From the IMG/VR virus record IMGVR_UViG_3300020420_000013, positions 4,325 to 68,324 of that record: DNA of 64,000 nucleotides; one strand, written 5' to 3'. The first letter of the stretch is position 1. Each line of letters begins with the position of its first letter. Shown one piece after another: positions 53,789-64,000 of this stretch. Under the pieces are notes generated by a model, which was given only the letters and a program-made list of their open reading frames with translations, searched no databases and was not told the origin of the DNA. Position numbers and translations under genes: made by a program. This DNA comes from a virus.

Positions 53789-54403
53789 ATGACAGACAAC
53801 ATATTTGACAAATCCGGGTTTAGTGTTCAAGGACATATACATATCTTTGACAAAGACTCTGGCGAAACTATTATTAATAAACGCAACGCAATACACTATG
53901 AAAACATGAGTATTGCTTTAGCAGAATCACTATCTAATGCTGGACAAGGCTTTGTATATCAAATGGCATTTGGAAACGGTGGTACTAGTGTTGATCCTAC
54001 AGGCATTATTACTTACTTGACTCCAAATAGCACAGGTGTTAATGCAAGTCTTTACAACCAGACATATATTAAAGTTGTTGATGATCAGAGTGCAAACAAT
54101 ACTGATCCAAATAGAAACAAGATTGAAACAAGACACGTAACAGGAACAAATTATACTGACATATTAGTTAGTACTATATTAGATTACGGTGAACCATCAG
54201 GGCAAGATGCAAATGATACTGCACAAAATACAGCAAGTAATTTTGTATTCGATGAATTAGGCCTTGTAAGTTATTCACCAGCAGGAACAGGAAAACTTTT
54301 GACACACGTTATATTCCATCCTGTGCAAAAGAGTTTAAACAGATTAATCCAAATAGATTATACACTGAGAGTACAAAGTTTAACTGGATTTAACGAGGGG
54401 TAA
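53789..54403 (+). CDS. Baseplate/fibre-attachment structural protein (204 aa)
   Basis: MAFGNGG, FDELGL, LLTHVIFHPVQKS.NR...IDYTLR pattern resembles fibre-anchor domains. Confidence 0.6.
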   Translation: MTDNIFDKSGFSVQGHIHIFDKDSGETIINKRNAIHYENMSIALAESLSNAGQGFVYQMAFGNGGTSVDPTGIITYLTPNSTGVNASLYNQTYIKVVDDQSANNTDPNRNKIETRHVTGTNYTDILVSTILDYGEPSGQDANDTAQNTASNFVFDELGLVSYSPAGTGKLLTHVIFHPVQKSLNRLIQIDYTLRVQSLTGFNEG

Positions 54404-54406
54404 TAA

Positions 54407-56497
54407 ATGGCATATACCATAAATTATACTGACTCCACTAAAGGTAGTATAGTAATCGAAGACTCTACTATCGATAACACAACCAGTTTAAGCATACCTG
54501 GTAAAAATACAACGGAGTACGGTACACAAATAGGACAAAACTTTTTGCGAATGTTGGAAAACTTTGCAAACGATACTGCTCCTACAAGTCCTATCGAAGG
54601 ACAGTTATGGTATGACAGTACAGCAGGAACAGATACATTAAAAGTTTATGATGGAACAAGTTGGCAAGAAGCAGGCGGAATAAAACGTGCCTCAAGTGCA
54701 CCAAGTGTAGCAAATAGCAATACAGGAGACCTTTGGGTTGACACTGATAACCAACAATTATATTTGTTTACAGGTTCCGGTTGGGTATTAGTAGGTCCAG
54801 AATTTAGTCAAGGTTTAGCCGCAGGTATTAAACCAGAAGTAGTTGTAGGAAACGATGATATTAATTACACAATTCTTAAAATGGAATCAGGTGGAAACCT
54901 AATAGCGGTAATTAGTGCTAATCAATTTTCACCAAAACAAAAATTAAACGGTATAGACAATCCAGTAAAAGTTGGAATAAACTTATCAACTGCAAATCTA
55001 AACAGTAATGGTGTTCCTAAATTTTACGGAACAGCCGACTCGGCAGATAACTTAATGGTAGGAACTACTAAAGTTAGTTCTGCTAGTTTTCTAAGATCAG
55101 ATCAAGAGTCAACAGCAACATCAAAACTTAATGTAAACACAAACTCAGGTATAATAATCGGAAGTGATGCAAAATTAAGTATTGGTATTGAAAATACCGC
55201 TGGTACTATTTCACAACAAACTTCAGGATCACCAATTGACTTCAAAACAAATGACACTGGAAGTATTGCAACAAGATTAAGAATAGATTCAACTGGACAA
55301 GTAGGTATAGGAACATTAAGTCCTGCCGCAACAGTTGATATTGCAGGAACATTAAGAGCAACAGGTGTAATAACAAATACAAACATTACACAATCATCTA
55401 ACACAGGTACAGGTTCAATAGTAACTGCTGGTGGTGTTGGTGTTGCAAAAAGCGTTTACATAGGCGAGGCTTTAAATGTTGCTGGTAGTGTTACAACAGG
55501 TGACATTATTCCGCAAGTTATTAATAATAAAAACATTGGAACTTCAGCAAATAAATTTGCATCAGTACACGCAACAAATATTTTTGGTGAATTAACAGGA
55601 AACGTTACAGGAACAGTTTCTGGTAGATCAGGATCAACAGAAAAACTTGCAAGTAGAACAACTTTTAAAGTCCAAGGTGATGTAAGTGCCGCTGATATTC
55701 AGTTTGACGGGCAATTTGCAGACACAGGTGAAACTACTTTACAAAAAGTTTTTCAAACTTCAATAGATCCTGCTTTTATATCTAACAAGCCAGTAGTAAA
55801 CGCATCACAATTTGATGACGAGTTTTTAATTACAAGAGTTACTGACATAGATGGTAATGGTACAGGTGTTAGAAAGATATCAAGAAACAATTTATTTAAT
55901 GCACTACCAGTTAATCCATTAGGAATGGTAGTACCGTACGCAGTACCAGAAGCAAAAATTCCATCAGGCTTAACTGCTTGGCAATTATGTGATGGTAGAG
56001 AACTGTTTATTTCATCATACAGTGAATTATTCACACTAATAGGTTATACTTACAAAGCACAGAGTGAAACAACTGCTGGTAAATTTGCTTTACCAGATAT
56101 GAGAGGTAGATTTCCATTAGGTAAAGATAACATGGGTGGTACAAGTGCAAATAGAGTACAAAGTACATCAGCAGATAGCGAAGGTTTATTTGCAGGTGGC
56201 GAAACTAAAGTTATTAGCATAGACAAGTTACCAGATCATGAACACGATTTTAAATCTGAAGAAAATTATCAATTTTATGCAATTAGAGATGGTAATCCTG
56301 CGAACAGTATAGGACAAGGATCTTCAGTAATAGTTTACGATGCACCTACAGGAACAAATGCCGGTCAGGCATATCCTAGGTCAGGTGGATTAGTTTCATC
56401 AACAGCAGTAGGACAACCACAAGACGTAATGAATCCATACTTAACTATGAATTACTTAATGTACACAGGTAATCCGGAAGGGTCAGGAGCAGTTTAA
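54407..56497 (+). CDS. Tail fibre with phage tail-collar domain (short-fibre-like)
   Basis: PLGMVVPYA...WQLCDG......YSELF.LIG..Y....FALPDMRGRFPLG, LP.HEH, NPYLTMNY. Confidence 0.85.
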   Translation: MAYTINYTDSTKGSIVIEDSTIDNTTSLSIPGKNTTEYGTQIGQNFLRMLENFANDTAPTSPIEGQLWYDSTAGTDTLKVYDGTSWQEAGGIKRASSAPSVANSNTGDLWVDTDNQQLYLFTGSGWVLVGPEFSQGLAAGIKPEVVVGNDDINYTILKMESGGNLIAVISANQFSPKQKLNGIDNPVKVGINLSTANLNSNGVPKFYGTADSADNLMVGTTKVSSASFLRSDQESTATSKLNVNTNSGIIIGSDAKLSIGIENTAGTISQQTSGSPIDFKTNDTGSIATRLRIDSTGQVGIGTLSPAATVDIAGTLRATGVITNTNITQSSNTGTGSIVTAGGVGVAKSVYIGEALNVAGSVTTGDIIPQVINNKNIGTSANKFASVHATNIFGELTGNVTGTVSGRSGSTEKLASRTTFKVQGDVSAADIQFDGQFADTGETTLQKVFQTSIDPAFISNKPVVNASQFDDEFLITRVTDIDGNGTGVRKISRNNLFNALPVNPLGMVVPYAVPEAKIPSGLTAWQLCDGRELFISSYSELFTLIGYTYKAQSETTAGKFALPDMRGRFPLGKDNMGGTSANRVQSTSADSEGLFAGGETKVISIDKLPDHEHDFKSEENYQFYAIRDGNPANSIGQGSSVIVYDAPTGTNAGQAYPRSGGLVSSTAVGQPQDVMNPYLTMNYLMYTGNPEGSGAV

Positions 56498-58560
56498 TGG
56501 CATATCAAATTAATAAAACAGACGGCACACTATTAGTTCAACTGGTAGACGGAAGTATTGATACTGCTACAACTGACATTACATTAATTGGTAGAAACTA
56601 TTCAGGCTTTGGGGAAAGCATTAATGAAAATTTTGTTAAGATGCTTGAAAACTTTGCCAATACTGCGGCACCGAGCAATCCTTTAACAGGTCAACTGTGG
56701 TGGGATAAATCAGAATCAAGATTAAAGATATGGAATGGAACAGCATTTACAAGTGCTGGCGGTCCTATTGTAAGTTCATCACAGCCTACTATGGTTGCAG
56801 GAGACATTTGGATTGATAATTTAAATAATCAACTTTATTTTTATGATGGTTCGGATTTAGAATTAGCAGGACCAATTTATACAAGCACACAAAAAAGATC
56901 AGGATTCAAAGTTGAAACTTTACAAGATTCACAAAACTTAGATAGAGTTATTATTAAGTTTTTCTTAGGCGGAACACTTGTTGGTGTGTACAATAATGTT
57001 GCTTTTACTCCTAAGGCAGGATTTGAAATAACAGGACTTACAGGTATTTTACAAAAAGGATTTACATTAGTTGAAAGTGATTTTAAAGTACATGGTACAG
57101 CAACAGCGGCAGATACTATTGTTAACGCACAAGGTATTAAGAAAAATGCATCTCAGTTTATGCCTACTGATGCAAACGCAACTTCAAATGGTTCAATAAC
57201 AACAATTAATAATTCAGGTATTATTGTAGGACCAGAAAACAATATACAAATTTTAATAGATGCACAACAATCAGTTATACAAAATAATGTTGCTGATAGA
57301 GATATTTTTGTTAAGACAAGGAAGACAACAGGATTTGAAAATGCAATACACATAGATTCAAGTGAATCTAAAATAGGTATATTTAAAACAAATCCAATAG
57401 CAACTTTAGACATTAACGGAAGTACACGAATCAGCGGTGACCTAACAGTTTTAGGTAACACTATTTCAGTTGAATCGCAAACTTTAAAAATTGTTGACAA
57501 AAATATTGAACTTGCTTTAGGTTCTGATAGTACACTGCTTACTGATTCACAAGTTGACGACGGTGGTATATTAATTAGAGCAACACCAGATGATAAAGAA
57601 TTTTTATGGAAAAATGCAACAAACAGTTGGACAGCAAACGTAAATTACGACTCTACAAAAGGTTACAAGTTTAACGGTAATGAAATGATAACACAGGTTG
57701 GATCAACTCCAACTATGAAACATATTCAATCAGCACCAGACCTTACAAATGTTGGAACACTTACAAGTTTAACTGTTGATAACACAACCATTGATGGCAC
57801 AACAATTACTACAGGAAGCGGTAATCCATTATCATTTACAAGTGATGGTCCTATTACAATTACTAATAGTCAAACTATCAGAGGCTTACCTACTCCTTCA
57901 CAGGCAACAGACGCCGCAAGTAAAAGTTATGTTGATGATACTGTAAACGGAGAAAGAGTTTCATTTAGTATTGATATTACTGGATTAACAGATGCACAGA
58001 TATTATTAGTAGTTGAGGATATTGTTCCTGCAAGTACTAAAAAAGAAGGTACACAGGCTTACTTACATTGTACAAGTACTACTGGTGCAACTGCAACATT
58101 CTCAGCATCTACACTTAATAATGCATTAAGTAAAACTACAACATCAGTAGATAAAACAATTACAGCATCACCACAAACTGTGGTAAGTGTTGTAAAACAA
58201 GCAAATACAAGATTAACACTTGGCGGAACACATGGATACGAAGGTGGACAATCAGTAACAATTACTGGTGCTACTGGTTTAACTGCTTTAAATGGTACAC
58301 ATACTATTTCAAACATAGTTGACGCACAAACAATAGAAATTAACTTAGATACCGCTTCAAACGGTAACACTTATACTGGAAGTTCAGCAACTGTATCAAG
58401 GGTACCTGTAACAGGAAATGAGAACCAATCTGTTGTATCAGACTTTACATTTAGCCAAGCAGTTGGTAGTGTTGTACTATCTTTAGCAAGATCTGTTAAG
58501 ATATGTACCATTACAGGCGGTGTTTGGACTGGACCCGTAAACGGTAGTTCTAGTGTTTAA
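56497..58560 (+). CDS. Tail fibre paralog
   Basis: Shared N-terminus MAY.IN.T...ENF..MLENFA...P..GQLW.D; DAASKSYVD motif. Confidence 0.75.
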   Translation: MAYQINKTDGTLLVQLVDGSIDTATTDITLIGRNYSGFGESINENFVKMLENFANTAAPSNPLTGQLWWDKSESRLKIWNGTAFTSAGGPIVSSSQPTMVAGDIWIDNLNNQLYFYDGSDLELAGPIYTSTQKRSGFKVETLQDSQNLDRVIIKFFLGGTLVGVYNNVAFTPKAGFEITGLTGILQKGFTLVESDFKVHGTATAADTIVNAQGIKKNASQFMPTDANATSNGSITTINNSGIIVGPENNIQILIDAQQSVIQNNVADRDIFVKTRKTTGFENAIHIDSSESKIGIFKTNPIATLDINGSTRISGDLTVLGNTISVESQTLKIVDKNIELALGSDSTLLTDSQVDDGGILIRATPDDKEFLWKNATNSWTANVNYDSTKGYKFNGNEMITQVGSTPTMKHIQSAPDLTNVGTLTSLTVDNTTIDGTTITTGSGNPLSFTSDGPITITNSQTIRGLPTPSQATDAASKSYVDDTVNGERVSFSIDITGLTDAQILLVVEDIVPASTKKEGTQAYLHCTSTTGATATFSASTLNNALSKTTTSVDKTITASPQTVVSVVKQANTRLTLGGTHGYEGGQSVTITGATGLTALNGTHTISNIVDAQTIEINLDTASNGNTYTGSSATVSRVPVTGNENQSVVSDFTFSQAVGSVVLSLARSVKICTITGGVWTGPVNGSSSV

Positions 58561-58563
58561 AGA

Positions 58564-58569
58564 TAAATA
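58564..58569 (+). promoter_or_regulatory. Late promoter core
   Basis: gATAAATA upstream of SD GAGG. Confidence 0.6.
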
Positions 58570-58592
58570 TATACAATAGAGGGGTTATAACT

Positions 58593-60068
58593 ATGGCATA
58601 CATAATTAATAAAACTAACGGGACGCAGATAGCAGTAGTAGAAGACGGTACTATCGATCAAACTACTGATCTAAAACTTGTTGGTAAAAATTATGCTGGT
58701 TATGGAGAGATACAAAACGAAAATTTCGTGCATTTGCTTGAGAATTTCGCTAGTGCAAACCAGCCGGCTAAAGCAATCGCCGGTCAAATGTGGTTTGATA
58801 GCGGCGCAAGTAAACTAAAATTTTACGATGGTACAAAATTCAGAACAACAGGTGGTGCAGAAGTAAGCACTACTCAACCTTCAGGACTTACAACTGGTGA
58901 CTTTTGGTGGGATAGTGGCAACAGTCAACTATACGCAAACACAGGATCAGGCTTTATATTAATAGGTCCACAATCACAAGGTTCTACAGTTACTCAAATG
59001 TTAACTGCAACTGTACGTGACAACGCACAGGTAAACAGAACAGTGATGAAGGGTATCATTGCTGATGAAACAGTATTCATAGTAAGTGCAGTAGAATTTA
59101 CAATCGATTCAACAGACTCCAATAATGCCATAACAGGTTTCGATGTAGTACGTGCAGGACTTACTTTAAAAAATACAACAAACGCAACAGGCGGTGTAAC
59201 ATCAACTGCTCACAGATACTACGGTACATCTTCTAACACAGATAAGTTAGGTGGATTTGCGGCTTCTGATTATGTAAGAGGTTCAGTAGCAAACTTTAGT
59301 ACAATAGTAAGATTTGCTGATGCAGGTTTTACAGTTGGTGATTCAAACGATTTAGCAATTAAAATTGAAAATGATAATCAAGGTGTTATTCAAAATGACA
59401 TTGGACAGATTATTAAATTCAAAGTTGATAATGCAAGTGCTCAAGTTAAAGAGCCATTAAACATAACAGCAGATGGTATTCTTCCAAGTGCTTCAGCAAC
59501 GTTTAACGTTGGTTCGAGTGCATTGAAATGGAATATTATGTATGCTAATGAGTTTAACGGTAAGGCAACGGTAGCAAGTGCAATGGAAGTTCCAGTAGGT
59601 AGTGGAACAGCAAATAGAACGGCTTCAACAGCGGCATCAAACGATACTGTCGCAGTAAGAGATGGAAGCGGTGACATTTATGCAACTAACTTCCAAGGTA
59701 CTGCTTTAAAGGCAAACTATGCTGACTTGGCTGAGAAATATGTAACTGACACACAGTACCCAGTAGGTACTATTATGACAGTTGGCGGCGAAGGCGAAAT
59801 GACATCATGTGCAATGACAGAAGTACCATGCGGTATTATTTCTAACAAACCAGGTGTTGTTTTAAATTCAGATGCTGAAGGACAAGCAATCGCACTAGTA
59901 GGTAGAACACCATTGAGAGTAATGGGTCCTGTTGAAAAGGGTGATAAACTTTATGTTGGTGCTAACGGTACTGCTCAAAAGGCTCCAGAAGGAGATATGG
60001 TAGGTATTGCTTTAGAGGCTAACGAAAGATTCGAAGAAAAATTAGTAGAAGTTTTTATAAAAATATAA
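58593..60068 (+). CDS. Tail fibre paralog with C-terminal autocleaving-chaperone-like (peptidase G2-type) domain
   Basis: Same N-terminus as the two preceding genes; YADLAEKY, GIIS..P, IALVGR.P..V.G.V.KGD.L, VGIALE. Confidence 0.75.
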   Translation: MAYIINKTNGTQIAVVEDGTIDQTTDLKLVGKNYAGYGEIQNENFVHLLENFASANQPAKAIAGQMWFDSGASKLKFYDGTKFRTTGGAEVSTTQPSGLTTGDFWWDSGNSQLYANTGSGFILIGPQSQGSTVTQMLTATVRDNAQVNRTVMKGIIADETVFIVSAVEFTIDSTDSNNAITGFDVVRAGLTLKNTTNATGGVTSTAHRYYGTSSNTDKLGGFAASDYVRGSVANFSTIVRFADAGFTVGDSNDLAIKIENDNQGVIQNDIGQIIKFKVDNASAQVKEPLNITADGILPSASATFNVGSSALKWNIMYANEFNGKATVASAMEVPVGSGTANRTASTAASNDTVAVRDGSGDIYATNFQGTALKANYADLAEKYVTDTQYPVGTIMTVGGEGEMTSCAMTEVPCGIISNKPGVVLNSDAEGQAIALVGRTPLRVMGPVEKGDKLYVGANGTAQKAPEGDMVGIALEANERFEEKLVEVFIKI

Positions 60069-60081
60069 GGAAGTAAAGTAA

Positions 60082-60993
60082 ATGGCATTAATCACAGCCT
60101 CAAGGTATAACACACTACAAAGTTCAGTAGACGGTATCATGGGTAACGGTTCAGGCGATTCAGGCTATGGACAATCTTTAGCAAGTAGTCAAGTTGCACA
60201 AGGTACAGTGATACAAGCATCACATATGGCTAACCTTTACACTGATATGATTAAAGCACGTAGACACCAAACTGGTACTACGCCAAACACACTTGCATCA
60301 ATTACAGTTGGTAATGAAATAAAAGAAGATGATGTTGCCGGTGGTAAAGGAATTAAGCAATACGAAGATCTTGCTATTCTAATTAACACAGGTAAGTTAA
60401 GCATTTACACAGGTGATACAAGTCAATCAGATCAAGTTCCATTAGTAAGTTCAACAAGAACAAATACATGGAACGGTACTATTACACACGAGTTTACAGC
60501 AACATTTACAAGTGCAGATGCACGTAGACACTTTTTCAATGCAGGTGGTAAATTGTTATTTACAGCAGACATTACAAACGGTAGTGGAGCAAAATACAAT
60601 GACTGGAACACATTATTAAGTTCAATGGGAACAGTAAGTTTTGCCGCTCATGCTACTAGTTCAAATGGTGGCGTACCTGGAACAGGTTCTTCAATTGGTA
60701 ATTATGAACTTACAGGAACATACCAAAAAGTATTCCAAAAAGATGGTAGTGGCGTGTATGCAGAAAACGATTACAATATTCACGTAAAAGAAAATAATAC
60801 ATCAGCAATCCAAGTTAGAATTCAATTTAGAGATGATGACCTAGGTGATGATACAAACAATGACGGTGCTATCGATCCTCAAGATGAAGATATTAATGGC
60901 GATGTAGCATCATCAGTAGTTTCACTTAAACCACATGGTAGTGATGTAGCAGTGGCGGCACCAACTGGTGCTAACGTAACCACACTTCAATAG
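60082..60993 (+). CDS. Virion structural protein (303 aa)
   Basis: SD AAGGA; GYGQ, ARRHQTG, ARRHFFNAGG motifs; G/S/T-rich. Confidence 0.65.
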   Translation: MALITASRYNTLQSSVDGIMGNGSGDSGYGQSLASSQVAQGTVIQASHMANLYTDMIKARRHQTGTTPNTLASITVGNEIKEDDVAGGKGIKQYEDLAILINTGKLSIYTGDTSQSDQVPLVSSTRTNTWNGTITHEFTATFTSADARRHFFNAGGKLLFTADITNGSGAKYNDWNTLLSSMGTVSFAAHATSSNGGVPGTGSSIGNYELTGTYQKVFQKDGSGVYAENDYNIHVKENNTSAIQVRIQFRDDDLGDDTNNDGAIDPQDEDINGDVASSVVSLKPHGSDVAVAAPTGANVTTLQ

Positions 60994-61011
60994 TCCCCCA
61001 AAAATAATGCT

Positions 61012-61017
61012 TAAATA
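61012..61017 (+). promoter_or_regulatory. Late promoter core for the glycosyltransferase operon
   Basis: tTAAATA upstream of SD GAGG. Confidence 0.55.
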
Positions 61018-61034
61018 GTAGTGAGGTTATCACT

Positions 61035-61400
61035 ATGGATGAAAAGTTACAAAAAGCATTAGAATTCGCAAATTACAGCACCACTCTTAATAACCAAATT
61101 AAAATGGCAAAAGAACGGTTTGCTGAACAAACAATTTATTTTACCAAAGGTGGACAGTTTACTATTACCAAAGAGTTAATAAACTTCTGTCAAACATTAA
61201 TTGGTAATGGACAAACAAGTTTTATTTTAATTGATGACAATGACGTTCCAATTGATATAGAATATATAGATGATTTTAGAGAAGAAATTTTAAACAAGTA
61301 TTTTGTTGCTACCAATGAGTACCTTGCAGAATATAAAAAAATTACAAGCAAAAGATCAATACCGGATATTGTAGATGTTGAAACAGAAACAAAAGAGTAA
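61035..61400 (+). CDS. Hypothetical protein (121 aa), possible fibre assembly chaperone
   Basis: SD GAGG; GGQF.IT.ELI.F, LIDDN..PI.I motifs; follows the fibre genes. Confidence 0.7.
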   Translation: MDEKLQKALEFANYSTTLNNQIKMAKERFAEQTIYFTKGGQFTITKELINFCQTLIGNGQTSFILIDDNDVPIDIEYIDDFREEILNKYFVATNEYLAEYKKITSKRSIPDIVDVETETKE

Positions 61401-61566
61401 ACACAAAGACTTTCCTGGAAATTTAATCAAGTTAAATTTCATAGAACAGGAAATTGAATACGCAAAAAGTCAATTACAAGAAACAGACACCGGACATATT
61501 CATACTGCTATAAGTTGGATGGAACACAGAAAGAATCAACTAAAGGGCATAGAGGACGATGAGTAA
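61375..61566 (+). CDS. Hypothetical protein (63 aa)
   Basis: Fills the operon gap; DTGHIHTAISW motif; start uncertain. Confidence 0.55.
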   Translation: MLKQKQKSKHKDFPGNLIKLNFIEQEIEYAKSQLQETDTGHIHTAISWMEHRKNQLKGIEDDE

Positions 61567-62386
61567 AGGTGTACTATTATTTGCAAATAACAATAGCCAG
61601 ATTGATTATGTTAAGCAGGCCTGTTATCTAGCAAAGAAGATTAACAAACATTTAAAAGTACCAGTCAGTTTAGTGACAAGCGATAAGAAACGTGTAACTG
61701 ATTATTATCCATATGAAGTCTTTGACCAAATCATAGAAAAGAAAAGTAAAAACAATTTTAGTAAACGTTACAATGATGGTGCTTTAAGTCATAAGAAATT
61801 AGAATTTAACAATGATCTTAGACCACAGGCATACAAACTTACACCATATGATGTAACTTTAATGATGGATACAGATTATATTATTTGTAACGATTTATTT
61901 AAAAATGTATTTGATACTGAACATGATTTGTTATTATATAAAGACAGTACAGATATTACTTTGCACAGAGACTTTACAGAATTCAAAAGAATAAGTGACA
62001 CTAGTATAGACTTTTATTGGGCCACTTGCGTAGTATTTAAAAAGACATACTTTACTAAAACATTCTTTGAATTAATAGAACATATTAGACAGGAATGGGT
62101 ACATTATGCAAACGTGTATCAATTAAGCCAAAGAGTATATAGAAATGATTATAGTTTTAGTATTGCAGTAAATTTAATGGACAATCATAAAATAGGATCA
62201 ATGCCAGGAAAAATGTTATACTCAACGGATAAAGATGTTTTGTTTGAGGTAGAAGAAGATAAGTTAAAATTTTTAGTAGAGAAAAAAGATAGACTAGGAC
62301 AATATACCGCAGTATATACAGATAAACTAAATGTCCATGTGATGAATAAGTTTAGTCTGAACAGAATGATAGATGGAGTGATGTAA
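61559..62386 (+). CDS. Glycosyltransferase-like protein (GT-A fold)
   Basis: GVLLFA.N, Y...A..LA, TPYD.TL.MDTDY (DxD), RND.SFSIA. Confidence 0.7.
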   Translation: MSKGVLLFANNNSQIDYVKQACYLAKKINKHLKVPVSLVTSDKKRVTDYYPYEVFDQIIEKKSKNNFSKRYNDGALSHKKLEFNNDLRPQAYKLTPYDVTLMMDTDYIICNDLFKNVFDTEHDLLLYKDSTDITLHRDFTEFKRISDTSIDFYWATCVVFKKTYFTKTFFELIEHIRQEWVHYANVYQLSQRVYRNDYSFSIAVNLMDNHKIGSMPGKMLYSTDKDVLFEVEEDKLKFLVEKKDRLGQYTAVYTDKLNVHVMNKFSLNRMIDGVM

Positions 62387-62574
62387 TGGATATATTATGG
62401 GTATTATATTTGACCGTATGCGGAAGTTCGCAATGTGTAACTCAGGAAGTACAGCAGTTTGATCACAAAGCACAATGTTTGGTCAAACAAGAATTGCATG
62501 AACAAATACCAACAGATGGGCAATGGAAAACTATTGATTATTTTTGTAAACCAAAGGATAGTATAAATGCCTAA
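62386..62574 (+). CDS. Small four-cysteine protein with hydrophobic N-terminus (62 aa)
   Basis: Coupled start (TAATG); ILWVLYLTVC....C. Confidence 0.6.
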   Translation: MDILWVLYLTVCGSSQCVTQEVQQFDHKAQCLVKQELHEQIPTDGQWKTIDYFCKPKDSINA

Positions 62575-63406
62575 TTTTACTTTCCTAGCACAGAATAATG
62601 ACAAGGATAGTTATGTAAAACAAGCCTGTTTACTTGCAATGAGCATTCATGCTACAAATAAGGATAGTAAAATTTGTTTAATAACAAATGACGAAGTGCC
62701 TGCAAAGTACAAAGGTTTATTTGATACGATAGTGCCTATACCTTTTCAAGATGTTGCTAAACATGACAAATGGAAAGTACAGAATAGATGGAAGATATAT
62801 CACGCAACACCATATGAAGAAACTTTTGTAATGGATACAGATATGTTAGTATTACAGGATCTATCCAATTGGTGGAACTTAATGAAAAATTATGAAGTGT
62901 TTTTAACTACCAAACCTAAGACATATAGACAAGAAGATATAAAAGATAGTTATTATCGCCCTAGTTACATACTTAATGAATTGCCTAATGTGTATTGTGC
63001 AATACATTATTTTAAAAAGAGCAAGTTTGCAAAACAATTTTACACTTGGTTAGAACTAGTAATGAAAAATCATGAAACTTTTTATAGGCTTTACAGTCCT
63101 AAGAAACAACAAAGTTTTTTAAGTGTAGATACTAGCATGGCTATTGTTGTAAAGATGTTAGGCATAGAAGAAAAAGTTACAAATAAAAAAATTAACTTTC
63201 CAAACTTTGTGCATATGAAACCTTACATACAAGACTGGAAACAACCAACAGAAGATTGGACTAATCGTGTAGGAACATATTTAGATGGACAATTAAATCT
63301 ACGTGTTGGAAATACTTTACAACAAGGTGTATTCCATTATACTAAAAACAGTATAGTTGATTCACATATCTTTAAAACTTACGAGGATTATCATGGAATC
63401 GTTTGA
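62567..63406 (+). CDS. Glycosyltransferase-like protein (GT-A fold), paralog of 61559..62386
   Basis: YVKQACLLA, TPYEETFVMDTDML (DxD), FVHMK. Confidence 0.72.
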   Translation: MPNFTFLAQNNDKDSYVKQACLLAMSIHATNKDSKICLITNDEVPAKYKGLFDTIVPIPFQDVAKHDKWKVQNRWKIYHATPYEETFVMDTDMLVLQDLSNWWNLMKNYEVFLTTKPKTYRQEDIKDSYYRPSYILNELPNVYCAIHYFKKSKFAKQFYTWLELVMKNHETFYRLYSPKKQQSFLSVDTSMAIVVKMLGIEEKVTNKKINFPNFVHMKPYIQDWKQPTEDWTNRVGTYLDGQLNLRVGNTLQQGVFHYTKNSIVDSHIFKTYEDYHGIV

Positions 63407-63965
63407 TTTTAAACCAGTAGATATACAACCAACTTATGTAATCTTTAATCCACAAACAGGAGACATACTAAGATTAACAGGCGATAAGCACAAGACAGAT
63501 TGTTTAGAAATTACTAATGACAAATATAAAGAAATAAGTGCAAATGGTTTAACAAAATATAGAGTTGAATTTAATCCAGCAACAACTGTATATGAAATTG
63601 TAGATAAAAATAAAAATAGTAATAGTGAATTTTTAGTTGATAATTTATTACATCTAGTTGAGGAAACAAAAGAAGAAACAGATATTATACTTGTTAAAGA
63701 TTATCAATCAAACAAATGGAAATTAAAGTTTGGAAAAACTTTTGGTTTACAACTTAAAGAAAAGAATGTACAATTAAAGATTACAAAGCATTTTAGTATA
63801 ACGCAAGAGAATGATCCTCATGTGTTATATAGAAGTTTAGAATTTAATTTAGATAGTGGTAATTATGAGATTGATTTTGATAACTTAGATAGATCAAATA
63901 AGTTTTACTCTATATATACATATAAAAGGTTTAATAGTTATGGACATCAAATCGTGCAAAATTAA
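63393..63965 (+). CDS. Hypothetical protein (~190 aa)
   Basis: ATG 63393 with SD GAGGA, in frame with track ORF 63357..63965. Confidence 0.65.
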   Translation: MESFDFKPVDIQPTYVIFNPQTGDILRLTGDKHKTDCLEITNDKYKEISANGLTKYRVEFNPATTVYEIVDKNKNSNSEFLVDNLLHLVEETKEETDIILVKDYQSNKWKLKFGKTFGLQLKEKNVQLKITKHFSITQENDPHVLYRSLEFNLDSGNYEIDFDNLDRSNKFYSIYTYKRFNSYGHQIVQN

Positions 63966-64000
63966 AGATGTAGATATAATTTTCTTAAGTTATGACGAAC
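63940..64000 (+). CDS. 5' fragment of a probable further glycosyltransferase-like gene
   Basis: MDIKSCKIKDVDIIFLSYDE runs off the window; only 20 codons are visible. Confidence 0.45.
   Translation, partial: MDIKSCKIKDVDIIFLSYDE

Noticed and set aside
148-59677. Many antisense ORFs in the track (e.g. 12591..13397+, 17745..18413+, 50413..50835-)
   Set aside because: Shadow frames of long genuine genes, with S/L/F/P-rich composition and no RBS.
1-64000. CRISPR array, inteins, stop-codon recoding, IS elements
   Set aside because: I saw no spaced direct repeats, intein motifs or transposases. Core genes are full-length in the standard code, and TAA, TAG and TGA all act as stops.

Overview
AT-rich segment of a large T4-like (myovirus) bacteriophage genome, probably marine or aquatic. 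From left to right it holds: (-) fibre-like virion genes; the head module (gp23, gp22, gp21, acidic core protein, gp20); a tape-measure-like gene facing a gp26/gp51-like pair; putative internal head proteins; a GIY-YIG nuclease, an Hc1-like protein, the auxiliary metabolic genes glyA and sufE, gp46, gp47 and gp55; then (+) the baseplate module (gp48/54-like, gp53, hub, gp5, gp25, gp6, a 5050-aa giant protein), three paralogous fibres and a glycosyltransferase cluster. Late promoters have a TAAATA core, and three sigma70-type promoters are present. The most interesting signals are: (1) a ~410-nt densely structured non-coding element starting exactly at the stop codon of a minimal GIY-YIG nuclease; (2) a -1 frameshift cassette (slippery site, 6-nt spacer, three-stem pseudoknot) that would fuse the gp26-like and gp51-like ORFs, as in lambda G/GT; (3) a ~230-nt ncRNA with its own sigma70 promoter downstream of the capsid gene; (4) two structured 5' leaders and a set of apparently leaderless late genes. 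All calls come from reading motifs by eye; no searches were run.
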